64,000 nucleotides of DNA. It comes from Blastocladiella emersonii ATCC 22665. Its lineage: Eukaryota; Fungi; Blastocladiomycota. Location of the stretch: contig JANHCV010000007.1 of NCBI GenBank assembly GCA_025594325.1, positions 1,054,001 through 1,118,000 on the forward strand, written 5' to 3'. The notes below the pieces were generated by a model. That model was not told the origin of the DNA. It saw only the letters and a list, made by a program, of their open reading frames with translations, and ran no database searches. Each line of letters starts with the position of its first letter. Positions within the stretch are counted from its first letter, which is position 1. A program made the translations under genes and the position numbers. Below are positions 10,776 to 21,973 of this stretch, one piece after another.

Positions 10776-12755
10776 ATGCCGCCAGCCGAACCCGGCCGCC
10801 CCGTCTCCCGCCGGCACGCGGCCGCTGTCGCCACCGCTGCCTCTGGAGCCGCCGCGCCGGCCTCGTCTTCGTCTTCGTCATCGTCGTCGGTCGCAACGAA
10901 CCCGACCGCTTCCACTGCGCCTGCCGCATCCGCCGCGCCTGCACCGTACACGGCGCCGCCTCGGCGGAGCGCCCGCCCGCGCAAGCCCAACCCGCGCGCC
11001 AACCTCAGCTGTATCCCGCCCTGCACCTTCAAATCCGATTCGTACGCGGGCCTGCACATCCACGAGGCCAGCTGTCACGTCGTCGACGCCCTCCTGAACC
11101 AAAATGCACGGGCCCCGGCCGTCGCATCTGGGCACCAGCCGGGTGAGATCTGCCGCGCCGCGCCGTCTGGTCCCGGCGGGGTGTTTACAGCTCCGCCACC
11201 ACCTCCGCTACCACCTCCGCTACCACCGCCGCAGCAGCAGCCTCAGCAGCACTCGCAGCACTCGCAGCACTTGCAGCTTGAGCAGCAGTTGCAGCAGGAT
11301 GTTGTCATGCAGGACTCGCCCAAAAACGACTCGCAGGATGGCGTCAGCTCTGCCGAGGACGCCGGGACCGTGACCAACCTCAATGGCAACGTTGTCATGG
11401 AGGACGCCAACGCCGAGACTGTGACCAACGGCGCGCCCGCTCCCGTTGCTGAATCCATGTCCGCCGCGCCCGCCACAACCGTGCTCGCCTACGGCGCCAA
11501 GCTCCCAATTGGCAAGCACCGTGTTCCGGGAACGACGCCGCCTGTGCCCATTGGCCACGAGCCAATCCCGCGCGCCGTCCAGCAGTCGCCCACCCTCACC
11601 GACGCGCCGTGGGACCCGTTCCCAGACTTTGTGTCGTGGCGCTTTACCTTCTTCTGCATGGTCGAGGCCGTGCTCTCGGACCGCAAGATTGACGCGCTCA
11701 TCAACCTGATCAACCTGATCGCCGCCATCGTCATTGTCAACAAGTTTGGCAACCTCAACATGTTCCCCGACCGCCCGCTTGTCAAGCTGCCCAAGGGCAT
11801 CGTGCAGCGCGAGCTTGTCAAGAAGAGCGCCTTCTACCGCGAGTTCAAGTGCTCCGTGCTCACGGACTTGGATGGCAACAAGTACAACTTCATCACGCTC
11901 AGCGTCGTTCCCTCGCTGCTGCTCGGGTCCCGCCGCGGCATCACGCTTGACTGGCTCGGGAACAAGTTCCCAAAACTCCTGCGCAGCCTCACCAAGGCCA
12001 TGGCCAAGCACGTCCTGCTCGACATCGAGTACGTACTCCCGCATCACTGCCCTCTCTCGAAGTCATGCACTGACGCCATTCTCCTGTTCGCTCCCTGTCC
12101 TTTTCTGCCACCCAGCAACCGCGACGCCAACGCTGCGCTTTGTCCCAAGGACCTTACCGATGCCGCCGGCCGCGTGTTGCAGGTCTGCGGGTTCCAGTGC
12201 ATGGAGATCCATTGCACAAGCGACCTCGACCGCCAGCCAATCGTTGAGATCCTCAAGGCCTGCGTCACCGAGTCCCATGGTCGCCTCGTCAACAACTTTT
12301 TTGTGGTACGTTTAACCTCGCCTTGTTATCTTCCTGCCGCTTTACACCACTTGTTACTGATCGCCTCCCCCTGGCAACAAACCCAGGCTCGACGCGGCAA
12401 CCAGGGCGGGCTCAACATCATGGAGCCCATCCTCTTCCTCGACTTTGCCGTCAAGGGCTTTGACAACCGCTTCCAGGTCGCCATCGGTCACTGGTTCTTG
12501 CGGTTCAAGCCCAACAGCAACACCATGCTCGCCCGCGACGCCATCACTCACCTAATCCAGGTGCGCTGCAAGGACGGCCTTGCCGTCGTACCCGTTCCCG
12601 CCATTGTCGGCCCTGTCCCTCTCGTGCCGACGTTCCTCAAGCACCTCGTCAACGGGAAGCCCAAGAAGAAGCCGTACTACCACCTTAATTGGTTCATCGG
12701 CCGCGAGCAGTTCTTCCAGGAGTCTGACACGGCCTTCGACTTGATCCTGCGCTGA
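10776..12755 (+). CDS. Plavaka/CACTA-like transposase derivative apparently lacking the catalytic core (about 603 aa spliced)
   Basis: Two in-frame introns: 12029-12115 (GTACGT..CACTGAC..CCCAG) and 12306-12386 (GTACGT..TACTGAT..CCCAG). It has a C2HC-like finger (CIPPCTFKSDSYAGLHIHEASC), an N-terminal PWDPF..F...LSDRKIDALINLI motif, and a C-terminal ..IGHWF..VVPVPAIVGPVPLVPTF..YYHLNWF pattern, which I recall from Plavaka-type proteins. No DDE block is visible. Confidence 0.6.
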   Translation: MPPAEPGRPVSRRHAAAVATAASGAAAPASSSSSSSSSVATNPTASTAPAASAAPAPYTAPPRRSARPRKPNPRANLSCIPPCTFKSDSYAGLHIHEASCHVVDALLNQNARAPAVASGHQPGEICRAAPSGPGGVFTAPPPPPLPPPLPPPQQQPQQHSQHSQHLQLEQQLQQDVVMQDSPKNDSQDGVSSAEDAGTVTNLNGNVVMEDANAETVTNGAPAPVAESMSAAPATTVLAYGAKLPIGKHRVPGTTPPVPIGHEPIPRAVQQSPTLTDAPWDPFPDFVSWRFTFFCMVEAVLSDRKIDALINLINLIAAIVIVNKFGNLNMFPDRPLVKLPKGIVQRELVKKSAFYREFKCSVLTDLDGNKYNFITLSVVPSLLLGSRRGITLDWLGNKFPKLLRSLTKAMAKHVLLDIEYVLPHHCPLSKSCTDAILLFAPCPFLPPSNRDANAALCPKDLTDAAGRVLQVCGFQCMEIHCTSDLDRQPIVEILKACVTESHGRLVNNFFVVRLTSPCYLPAALHHLLLIASPWQQTQARRGNQGGLNIMEPILFLDFAVKGFDNRFQVAIGHWFLRFKPNSNTMLARDAITHLIQVRCKDGLAVVPVPAIVGPVPLVPTFLKHLVNGKPKKKPYYHLNWFIGREQFFQESDTAFDLILR

Positions 12756-13134
12756 GCAATGCTTGCCCACCATCCCCACCCCGCTGCGCTCGCCCCTCCT
12801 CTCCACCACGTTTGCAACTGCCATGGGCTAGTCCGGCTTGGCTTCATTGCATTCTTTGCCTCACCCAAGTCCGTCGGTCGCGCACGGCTGGTCGCACACG
12901 GCTGCAACTTCACGCGCGGTCCTGACGGTCGCCGGCCCACCACCATCTCCGCCGACGCCGGTTCTCGCTCGCCCGCGGCTCCGCCGACGCCGGTTCTCGC
13001 TCGCCTGCGGCTCCGCGGTGGCGGTCGCATTGGCTGCGCGCGCCGCGACCTATGGCCCGCACTCCGCCTACTCGTTTTTGCGGGTTGACAGGCATCATCA
13101 ACAGCGCTGAGCCGCCCGACAAGCGTGCCGCCGC

Positions 13135-13274
13135 GCGCGACCGTGCCTCGGCGGCTCGCCGTGCGCGACCGTGCCTCGGCGGCTCGCCGTGCGCGACCGT
13201 GCCTCGGCGGCTCGCCGTGCGCGACCGTGCCTTGGCGGCTCGCTGCGCGCGACCGTGCCTCAGCGGCTCGCCGC
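13135..13274 (+). repeat. 28-bp minisatellite x5 inside the element
   Basis: GCGCGACCGTGCCTCGGCGGCTCGCCGT at 13135, 13163 and 13191, with variant copies at 13219 and 13247. Confidence 0.95.
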
Positions 13275-13976
13275 GCCTTGGCGCTTGTCGAGATCTCTCA
13301 CGCGCGCGACTTGGGCCCGCCGCGCAGAAGACGGTGGCGGTGAAGCCGTCGCCGCCGGATCGTTCCGACACGCGCCACCTCGCTCAAGACCCGGCGCGGG
13401 TCAAGTCGCTGCCGTCCTCGCGCGCCGGACCTCGCGCTGCCACCGCCGCAGACCGTGCCACCGCAGCAGCCGTGTGGCCGGCCGGGCCGACTCGCGGCCA
13501 TCGCATCAGCTCAGCAGCCACCGCTACGCACGGTGGCCGCCGCCGCCGCAGTGGTCGCTGCTGCCGCGTCCCCACGCTGTCCACCAGTCCCTGGTGGGCG
13601 GGTATGGCGTCGCCCGCGGCGGGCATCGCGACCACGTTGCGCAGCGACTACTCTCGCTCGCCCTCGCCCCGCGGATCGACCCATAGCAATCAATACATGC
13701 ATTTGATACTTGACACCGCGTCCCACCGTCCCGCCGCCGCGGCTCGCAGCCATGGCAGCTGCAGCTCGCGGCCAAGTCCCCTGTCTGGGCCGGATCTGGG
13801 CCTGGCAACCAGATCTGGCCCGGATCTGAGCCAGACGGCTCATCTGGGCCGGATCCCGCCCCGACACCCGAGCCCCTCCGCGCGCGCCCACCCCGCCGCC
13901 CGCGTCTGAGCCGGATCCGGCCCAGAAGCGCAGTCTGGCTCAGATCCGGGCCAGAGCGGTGCTGCAGGTTTTGCGA

Positions 13977-16900
13977 TGACGTGCGCCGCGTCAGAAGACG
14001 TCGCGGAGCGTGCCCTTGTTGTACCAGATGTAGCAAAGGTGCCCCCAAACATGACCGAGGACGCGAGGAGCAAGATGAGTCGAGTCGATTCACGTTGCGT
14101 CGCGTTCCATCTACGCCAGAGTTGCTGCTGTTGCTGACTCGGGACTACGTATGGGTGCAGATTCGAGGTCAGTCATCTCATAGGCAAGCGGGCGGCGGTC
14201 CATGGCCATCGGCGTACCGCGTGGATCCCAGTCGCCCTGCATACCGAGTACTCAACACGCGCGTGGCGAGCTACCGCTGCTGATGCTGCGGGCTCGTGGA
14301 ACTCGAAGAACGTGAGCAGGAGGTTGATCGTTTCGCGCGGCGCGTCGTGGAAGCACCCGTTCCGCACCACCGCCACAATCGAGTTCTTGGCCACGGCAAA
14401 GTCGAGGTTGGCGAGGAGGAGAGCGAGACCCCTTGATCTTGCCCCGCCGAGCCGCGACGCGCCATGCCGCGGAGCCTATGTCGGAGTGGAAGGAGTAGTC
14501 GCAGTTGCCGACGCTTCTTGCAGCCGCAGAGCAAAGCGCGCGTCGGCCGGTCGTTGCGTGCCGCGGCCTCATTGCGTCGAATCGCACTACACTCGGGCGA
14601 ACCTTCGCCAGTATCCGTGGCAAGTCATCGAGCGAGAGAGCGGCTGGCTTGTTGCGTACCCACCCACCGTAGTGTCGCCCGCCACCCGAGCCTTGGCCGC
14701 CGTGCTGCGCGGCAAGCTTGCTATGGAGTAGCGGAAGCATGCCGACGTGTGGAGGAAGAAGAGAAGAGCTTGACGCGCGCGTCGCAGCCTTATTGACCAC
14801 GACGTCGTCGATGCTGCTCGCGAAACGGATGGTCGCCATTGTTGGATTGCCGCCGTTTCGAATTGAGGCGCGATGGACCGGGTATCAGCTCTACTAGTGC
14901 AGCGCAGCGAGCGAGCGAGGCGTGAGTGATCATCAGCTGATGGAGGAGAGCTTGCGGCGACCGACCCAGGAAAACACGTTCCATGCTGGACGACGACCTG
15001 CTGCGCCGTCGCCGACACGACGGCTCGGACGTGAACTTGCACGCGCGTAGCCGGGCTATAGAGTTAGGTCGCGTCGCGCATGTTGAGCTTGGTCTGCGCG
15101 CACGGCACATCGGGCATGCGGGTGTCGCGCCGCTCGCGTACGTCTTGAAGTTGAGCGAGGTCGATAGGCCGAGGTTCAGCGTCTAGGGAGCGACGCGGGC
15201 CACAATCAGTCGACGCCACGGCGATCATGGCGAGTTCATGCATACGTACTGGGCTGGATCGTCGCAACGAAGCGAGCGAGCTTGATGAAGCGGACGAGCA
15301 ACGAGGAGGATCGCGACGTGGTCGAGAGAGGGTGCAATAGCGCCGGTACGAGGGATTGTTAGTTCTTGCTGAGAGGAGCCGTCAAGTCTTCGCGCGGGGA
15401 CATGTGTCAGCGGCCGTCGCATTCACGGGCCCCGCAAGATAAAAATCACGCACCGTTGCGGAACGAGTTGTGCACCACCTTCGGTTGCGGCGTCATGTGT
15501 GCGCTGTGAGAAAAGAACGCCGGGAACGACGGCCGGTCAAGCTACACGGATGGGATTGAACGTTTGTAAGGGCTGCGCGATGGTCCCAAGCCGCCGCGTA
15601 CCGACGTCTTGTCATCCCTCACTGCTTGTGGGCGATCCATGTCGAGCTCGTACGCGATGGAGTAGAGCGGCGCACTGCTGGATCGCGCGTCGCAGGAATG
15701 TCGGGTGCTTGCGCGCGAGGCAATCTGGGATAAGGAGAAGCACCAGCAGCAGGATGTGAGTGATCGGTGTGATGTTCCCGCGGCGAGCGAAACGACACGT
15801 CCCATGCCATACGATGTACGCCGTATTGGAATCTCCCCACAGGGTCGAGCATCATGATGTACGTTGACTGTGCGCGTGAGCGTGGGCGTTGAGCGTGGTC
15901 GACTTGCCGCATCGCGGCCCACGCGGTCAGCGTCTTGGCTCGTCGTGGTACGCGCGGTCCGCGCGATGTACCGGCGGGGCGAATCGGATGTAGAACTCGA
16001 GCGCGCAGCCGCGAAACATCCAGTACACAAGGTACGGTCATGAGTGAGCAATGCATGGCGGCCACGGCGAGGCAATGGGCAAGTACCCGGTCGTGGGGCG
16101 AGTAGGGGAGCGAGGTTGATGTGAGGCCAGGCTCGACAAGCGGTGTTTGGTTGCGGAGAAGCCGCCACCACCGTTGATGTACTCGAGAGCTTGAAGTTGC
16201 TGCTACACGGAAGCTGACGCGGTTTAGTCCGAGCCGTGGCGTCGAGCCCCGAACACACGCGTACTGGCACCGAGCGCTTGATGGACTCGTCACTCGGCGT
16301 GCGCAGAGCGTGTTGTCGACGAAGGCAAGCGCGAGTGGATACCGAGTCGGGCGGGCGAGCAAGCGAGAGAACGTCCCAGTACACGCGCGCGCGAGGCGAG
16401 TTGGCCGACGAGCAGCACGAAAGGACGCGTAGACGGTAAGAGTGCCGCGCGTGAGCGGGTAAGGACACGTACGGCTCAGGAATCGTGCAGCGATGTTGGA
16501 CTACCTCGCGGCTCGCGAGCCTAGTTGCAGACACTCGTAAGCTGGACCGAGCCTGCCGTGGATCCCGGGATGTCGTCGACCGCTGAATGGATGTGTATCA
16601 TGTCAGCAAACGTCTTGCCGCGTGATTCCGGCGTACCGGATATGTAGAGCCCGATCGGGACCGAGAAAACGGCGCGCACGACGTGCGAGGCGTTCGGCGG
16701 CGGCAGGTCGACGTGCATGAACAAACGTGTGCGTCAGCATAGGTGCCGGGCGACAACCTCGATTGTCGCCTTAACGACCTTGGCCGCTGCGGGTGATCGT
16801 TCCTGGAGCACTCGGCATCGCAACCGTTACGCTGCCCGTGTCGCCCGTGGTGCGCGGAACGGCCAAGAGCCACACGGTGTCCGGAGTATGTGCTCCGTCG

Positions 16901-17025
16901 CGATGAGCGAGCGGTCCGCCCGCAAGCGTTGGCACGCGTGTACACGGAAACGGGCCGCGAGCACGTCGAGCAGTTGCGGGTGGTGTTGCAGAAGCACACG
17001 GCAGAAGTGTTGAAGTCGATAGCAT
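13977..17025 (-). pseudogene. Continuation and further copy of the decayed multi-exon gene array
   Basis: 13977-14070 continues the homology to 5380-5450 that the element interrupts. 14895-15060 matches 2559-2730, and 15750-16290 matches 4720-5250 and 7240-7870. Minus-strand intron signals persist to about 16650. Confidence 0.55.
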
Positions 17026-19909
17026 TGCAGGGAGTCAAAGGTATTGCTGCGAGGGATCAAGCCTGCTCGACGCGTCTGACGCGTCGCGTTTCAGGATACA
17101 AAGGCGAGCGGGGCGCGCGTCTCGCAGCCGTGAGACAATTTTACGCGCTCACCTGACAACCGGTGACTCTGCCCTCGCGCCGCCCAAGAAGCAGAGCACG
17201 TAGCTTTCTTCAGTACGTAACCGACAGCACTTGCGCCAAGCACACGCACGAGCGCCGCCGTGGTCCTGTCGGGGCGCGCCTCGGAGTGTGGCAGCGAGCG
17301 CGTTGCGCCACAGTTGAGCGGCACGCGCCATGGCGTCACCCTGGGCGTCACCCTGGGCGTCACCGCGCGAGCCGCGGCAGAGCGCACTCCCACACATCAG
17401 CGACGGTGGTCGCCTCTCCCTCCATCTCGCCCCTCGCGGCGCGTTCACAGGCGTCTCGTGGCATCATGGACCGCAATACATCCGCGCGACTGCCCGCAAC
17501 GGCGCTTCGGTGGCCGCCACGACAGTCTGCCAGTCTCGGCGCACTCGGAACGCTGCATGGCGGTTTGGGCGCCCATCGTCTCTTCTTCGACGCCCGCTTT
17601 CGTGTTAGAGTCTGCCGGCGAGGTGCCGGCCCGGCGACGCGAGGGGATCCGAAAGGACGTTGCGAACCGTTCAGCGCGTCGCCGCCGGGGCCCGCTCGCC
17701 ACTCCCTCCCGTCCGCGCTGAACTGCCCTCATCCACATCTCATCGGCTCCATGTCTTCATGTCTCTCATGAGCGAACACGTCGGCGCAGCCCATGTCTCA
17801 GCTGCCCGTCACTCACGGCCAACCGCCGCCACGCCCTGCGCGATCCCACCGCGTCGCCCGTGAGTGCTACGAAGGCCGCCCTTCATTTTGCTGCATGAGA
17901 TCAAGTCGAGGACCGCGGACCGGCGCCGCGACTCGGTGTCCTCCAAAGACGCGTTCCGATGCAACGCACATGCCGTTTCCCGCACTCTCCGTGGGAACCC
18001 CGCGAACATGGCCGACCGCGTCAGCTCACGCGATCCCCGCGCTTCATCTTCTTCATGGGACCTTCGGAAGGCCGCCCTTGACGGAAGCACTACGGCCAGC
18101 CTCTACTGTGTGGGTTGCCCGAGGCTCAGCGGCCTCACTGAGCGGCACCTCGGGTCGACTGTCCTCGCTCTCCCGTGTGCCGCTCCGCCACGAACGAACC
18201 GCATGGAAACCAACTGCCACTTGCTGCATTTTGTCTTCCAGGCGTTCCTCATGCTCTTTTCGCCGCGAGCGACCAAGAGCCGGCGCTGCATGTGTCGTCG
18301 CCCTGCTGCACCACGCTGCACCGTGAGCTCAGACTCGCGCCGGACTCGGATCAGGCATCCTCTTCTCCTAATCTTGAGATCAGCCGCGGCTACGACTGGA
18401 TGCGCTTGTCTTGAGCCTGTCCGTGTCCATGTAAATCGAGGTCCCGCGCGCCCGCGCTGATGTGCGCTTCTGACGGGCACCACGCAGTGCGAAGCGTGCT
18501 TTGTGAGCTCGACGGTTTCCCACAGGTTCTTCCGCACGGCCTGAAACCGATCAGCCTACCAGCTCATTCATGGACACGCTGATGTCTGTCCGCAATCGAC
18601 TGTGGCGGATGTAACCCCCGCCCGCCCACCGTCCCGCTGTCCCGCTGCCGAGTATGCCGAGTGGGCTGAGTTGCGATGTGAGCGGCGATCTGTCGACGGA
18701 CGCGAGCGATGGGGATGGCGATGCGGGTGGCTGCTGGATGAGGATGGTGGTGATCGGGCTCACAGCAACGCGGCCTAAAGCGATCTGGCCCCGCCGTCGC
18801 CACGCCCGTTCTTTGCCGTGGATCCGGACCTGAACTAGACCACCGAGTCGCCGATGCTGCCCGCGGCTCTGTGGCCCGTCTTCGACGTCCCCACGTGTGT
18901 CGAGTGCTGGGGATCGGGCAGTCGCGGGCGGTGGCGCCTTAGCGGTGGGTGTGCGGGCAGCTGGCGGAGCGAGTCTTTGAAGTTGGGCCCCTAGACTTGG
19001 ACATTGAGCCGTCAGCAATGCGTGTACTAAGTGCCGACTCGGTCATGGTCGTCGGCGGTGAATTTGCGGCTCGCGGTCCGTATCGCGCTCAGCAGGCGCA
19101 TGTTGCTTAAGGTTTGCCGCACCCTTGAGAGCGACAGTAACTCGGGTTGCGCGGACGCGGGTGAGAACCATGGTCACCATTTGAACGGGCCAAATGACCA
19201 CGCATGCGATCCGCCGAACTTGGCCGCGCCGCCGCCATTTTCGTAGGCGAGTGTGCTTGAAATAGCAGGAATGAGCGCGGCCGCCATACACGCGTTGGTG
19301 TCGCCCCGCAGCAACCTACTCATCAAAGCGCGGTTCGGACATGAGGCACCAGCCGGTTGGCCAACGTAGTCGCATGCATTAAGATGAAATTGATCCGCTC
19401 GTCGTATCCGCATCGGCTTGAACTCATGGCAAGCGACCAACAGGATCGCGTGCTTCACGTCAGCGTGAGGCCAACAATGTGTTCCTTGCCCTTCCAGGTT
19501 GGATCGACGTCGGGCCTGCTGGACTTGAAGTCGCCCGCGACCGCCGTGGCCACGGAAACGTGGTGCTCAATGCGTTTCCGTCTCTGGATCATGGAAGTCA
19601 CCCCCTGTATTGCGCCGCCTTGTCGGAAACGACAGCTTCATTCAAGGCCCATCGCGGGCAGCAGTGTGCCTTCAATACTGTACTGTGGTAGGAAAGCTCC
19701 GTATGTGGTGGTTTTGGATTTATCGTCCGATGAACATACAGGCGGGACCCTTTCAATGCAGGAAGCAAGTCGCCCAGCGACGAAACTCGTTTTCTCGGAA
19801 ACGCGTTGCGCCACTCACACCACCGACGCCACCGCAATGGCGATCGCTCCAAAGGCGCTCTCTGCTCGCGCGGAACGCTCCCCCCAACAAGACGAACGCC
19901 GCACTCGCC

Positions 19910-21423
19910 ATGGAACCTAATGCAAAAGACTTGACCCGCCGTAGCAAGCGCGTCCGAGAGCGCGTCGCGGCCGGATGGACTCCGGTTACATTTTACATGA
20001 CCCAGTCCGCCTCGCGCCGCCGGGTGAGCGAGCCGTCACGGCGCAGCCAGCGTCTTGGAGCTGAGCGCACCGCGGCCAGATCAACGACTCCTAAGCATGA
20101 GCTCGCTGAGGACTTAGCGCTGCCCCCACCACCTGTGGTAGCCGCGTCGACTTCTGAGCCAGCTGCGGTTGCCGTCACAACGATCAAACACGAGGACACG
20201 GACATCACCCATGACCTGTCCGAGTTGACTGACCTGTCCAGCAGCGACGACGATGCCGAGGACGAGGTGGTGGATGCGACGAGTCCCGCTGCTGTTCAAG
20301 TGTACGTCTAGCCCCTCGCAACCACAAATGTGTGGCTCACACTTAAAAACCGTTCAGTGCCGCGGCTTCCCACTCGAGCAGAGCTATTTTGAACGGCGTG
20401 CCAGTCGCAATCAAGCTCCAGGTCCGCGTGAGCGCCTTGCTCTTCGGACCGTTTGCGGATTCCGAAATCGTCCGCACGCACTGCTACAACGATTACCTCG
20501 AGGTCTTTGGTGCTGTTGAGGGTGACCCGGTGATGAGTTTCGAGGAGGTACGAAAGTCACTTCCGCTCCTACGGCGTGCGTTGACGACTGTCATTGACCT
20601 CGTGTACGTCGATCCGCCGCTTCAGTACCACAAGGTGTTCACGGAGATTGTCCTTGCCTATCGGGGCTCTTTGAACAAATTGATTCGGCGAATGTTCAAG
20701 AGCAAGGCCCTTGCCTCGGCCCTTCCAACGCTGCATGCTGTCGAGTCGACCAACGACGTCCGCGGTCTCGACTTCAACCTCCGCTGGATGGTCAAGGACT
20801 TTGCCGTCGGTGATGAGCCGCCCTCGCTCGCCATGCACCCGTTTCTTCGAGAGCTCGTCCAGCGGGGCTTGTACTGGCGCAAGAGTACGTGTTCTCTCAC
20901 TTGGCCCACGTCGCAATCTCACATTCTTCCCGTCTACGCGCAAATCTAGCAAACACATTTCCTCTGATTCAAGCGCACCTCGAGCGGCTCAACGCGCGCG
21001 CGGCTCGGGCGCATGAGGCGAACGAGGCCAAGATTGTCACGCTTCGCCAGCTCGCGCCGCTGATCGTGGTCACCATTGCTACGCTGGTACGATCGAACTA
21101 CTTCTCACACCCACGAACGATTGCTCACATTCGAAACTCTTCAGGCGAGCCCCGGTATCATCGCGCGTACTGACATCGACCAGCGCTACCTCCCGCCGCT
21201 CCAGCACCTGTACAACGAGCTGCTGACGGCACTCAGCGACCGCGACGGTCCGCTCGGCAAGCAGTTTGTCAAGGACTCGTGCGCGGTTCTCGACAGCCTC
21301 GAGCGCAGGAACGGGTCCGTTGTGCCTCCAGCCGGCGCGGCCCCGAGCGCGACCACTGACAACGTGGCTCGCCACGCCGAGTTGGGTCTCCCGCTCGTGG
21401 TGTTTGGTCTGCGCGAGGAGTGA
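19910..21423 (+). CDS. Hypothetical protein, 5 exons (418 aa), paralogue 1
   Basis: Exons 19910-20301, 20358-20547, 20626-20884, 20950-21086 and 21145-21423, with GT..AG introns that keep the frame. Homologous to 21974-23335 (GPFADSEIVRTHCYNDYLEVFG). Confidence 0.8.
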
Positions 21424-21973
21424 GCTGAGACGTGCAAGTTGTAAGAGCAGTGTACCAACACGATGCTCGTTTGTTACGCGTGTACCTTCTCTACTCCGCG
21501 GCGACTGAGTAAAGCCGTACGCTGAGGCATATGGGACGGGGCACAGATTCTCTGTAGCGGTGCGGGAGGACCAGCAAATCGGTCACGTTCTCGCCCGTCT
21601 TCACGCACGATGTCTCGCGTGCACCCTGATCTGTGGCCTACCCAACACACGCGTTATCGTTGCGTAAGCTTGCCAACGCGTCCGCGGTCTCCCCCGCGAC
21701 GACAAGTCGGAACTTCCGCTCGCGCTGTTCGCCGATGATGGCGACGAGGAGTAACGCCTGGCGCTGTTTCTGAAGCTGATTATCGATCTATGTTTCTTTA
21801 TCCCCGCTGCGCCGGACCCGAGCGATGCGCTTGAACGAGAGCGCTCCTGCGAGCCCGAAGACGCGTTGCGCCACACGGCGCAAAGTGAAACACGCGGCGC
21901 CGCCAGCTCCTTGGTTGATCCCTCATCCTCTCTCCTCGCTCCCACGGAGCTCCCCGAGTTGAAAGCATTGACC

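Larger units (their letters stand above)
7977..13975. mobile_element. 6.0-kb TIR DNA transposon, CACTA/Plavaka (CMC)-like, probably non-autonomous
   Basis: TCGCAAAACCTGCAGCA at 7976-7992 is the exact reverse complement of TGCTGCAGGTTTTGCGA at 13960-13976. Imperfect inverted homology continues inward and both ends carry many GGCCRGATCY motifs. The two flanks, joined, align with the uninterrupted paralogous sequence at about 5360-5450. Confidence 0.85.

Noticed and set aside
13135-13274. 28-bp repeat as a CRISPR-like array
   Set aside because: The units are head-to-tail with no spacers, there are no cas genes, and the context is eukaryotic.
17800-19900. Several 150-200 aa ORFs as genes
   Set aside because: They show no host-like codon bias, no recognisable motifs and no consistent splice model. 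This is probably decayed or intergenic sequence.
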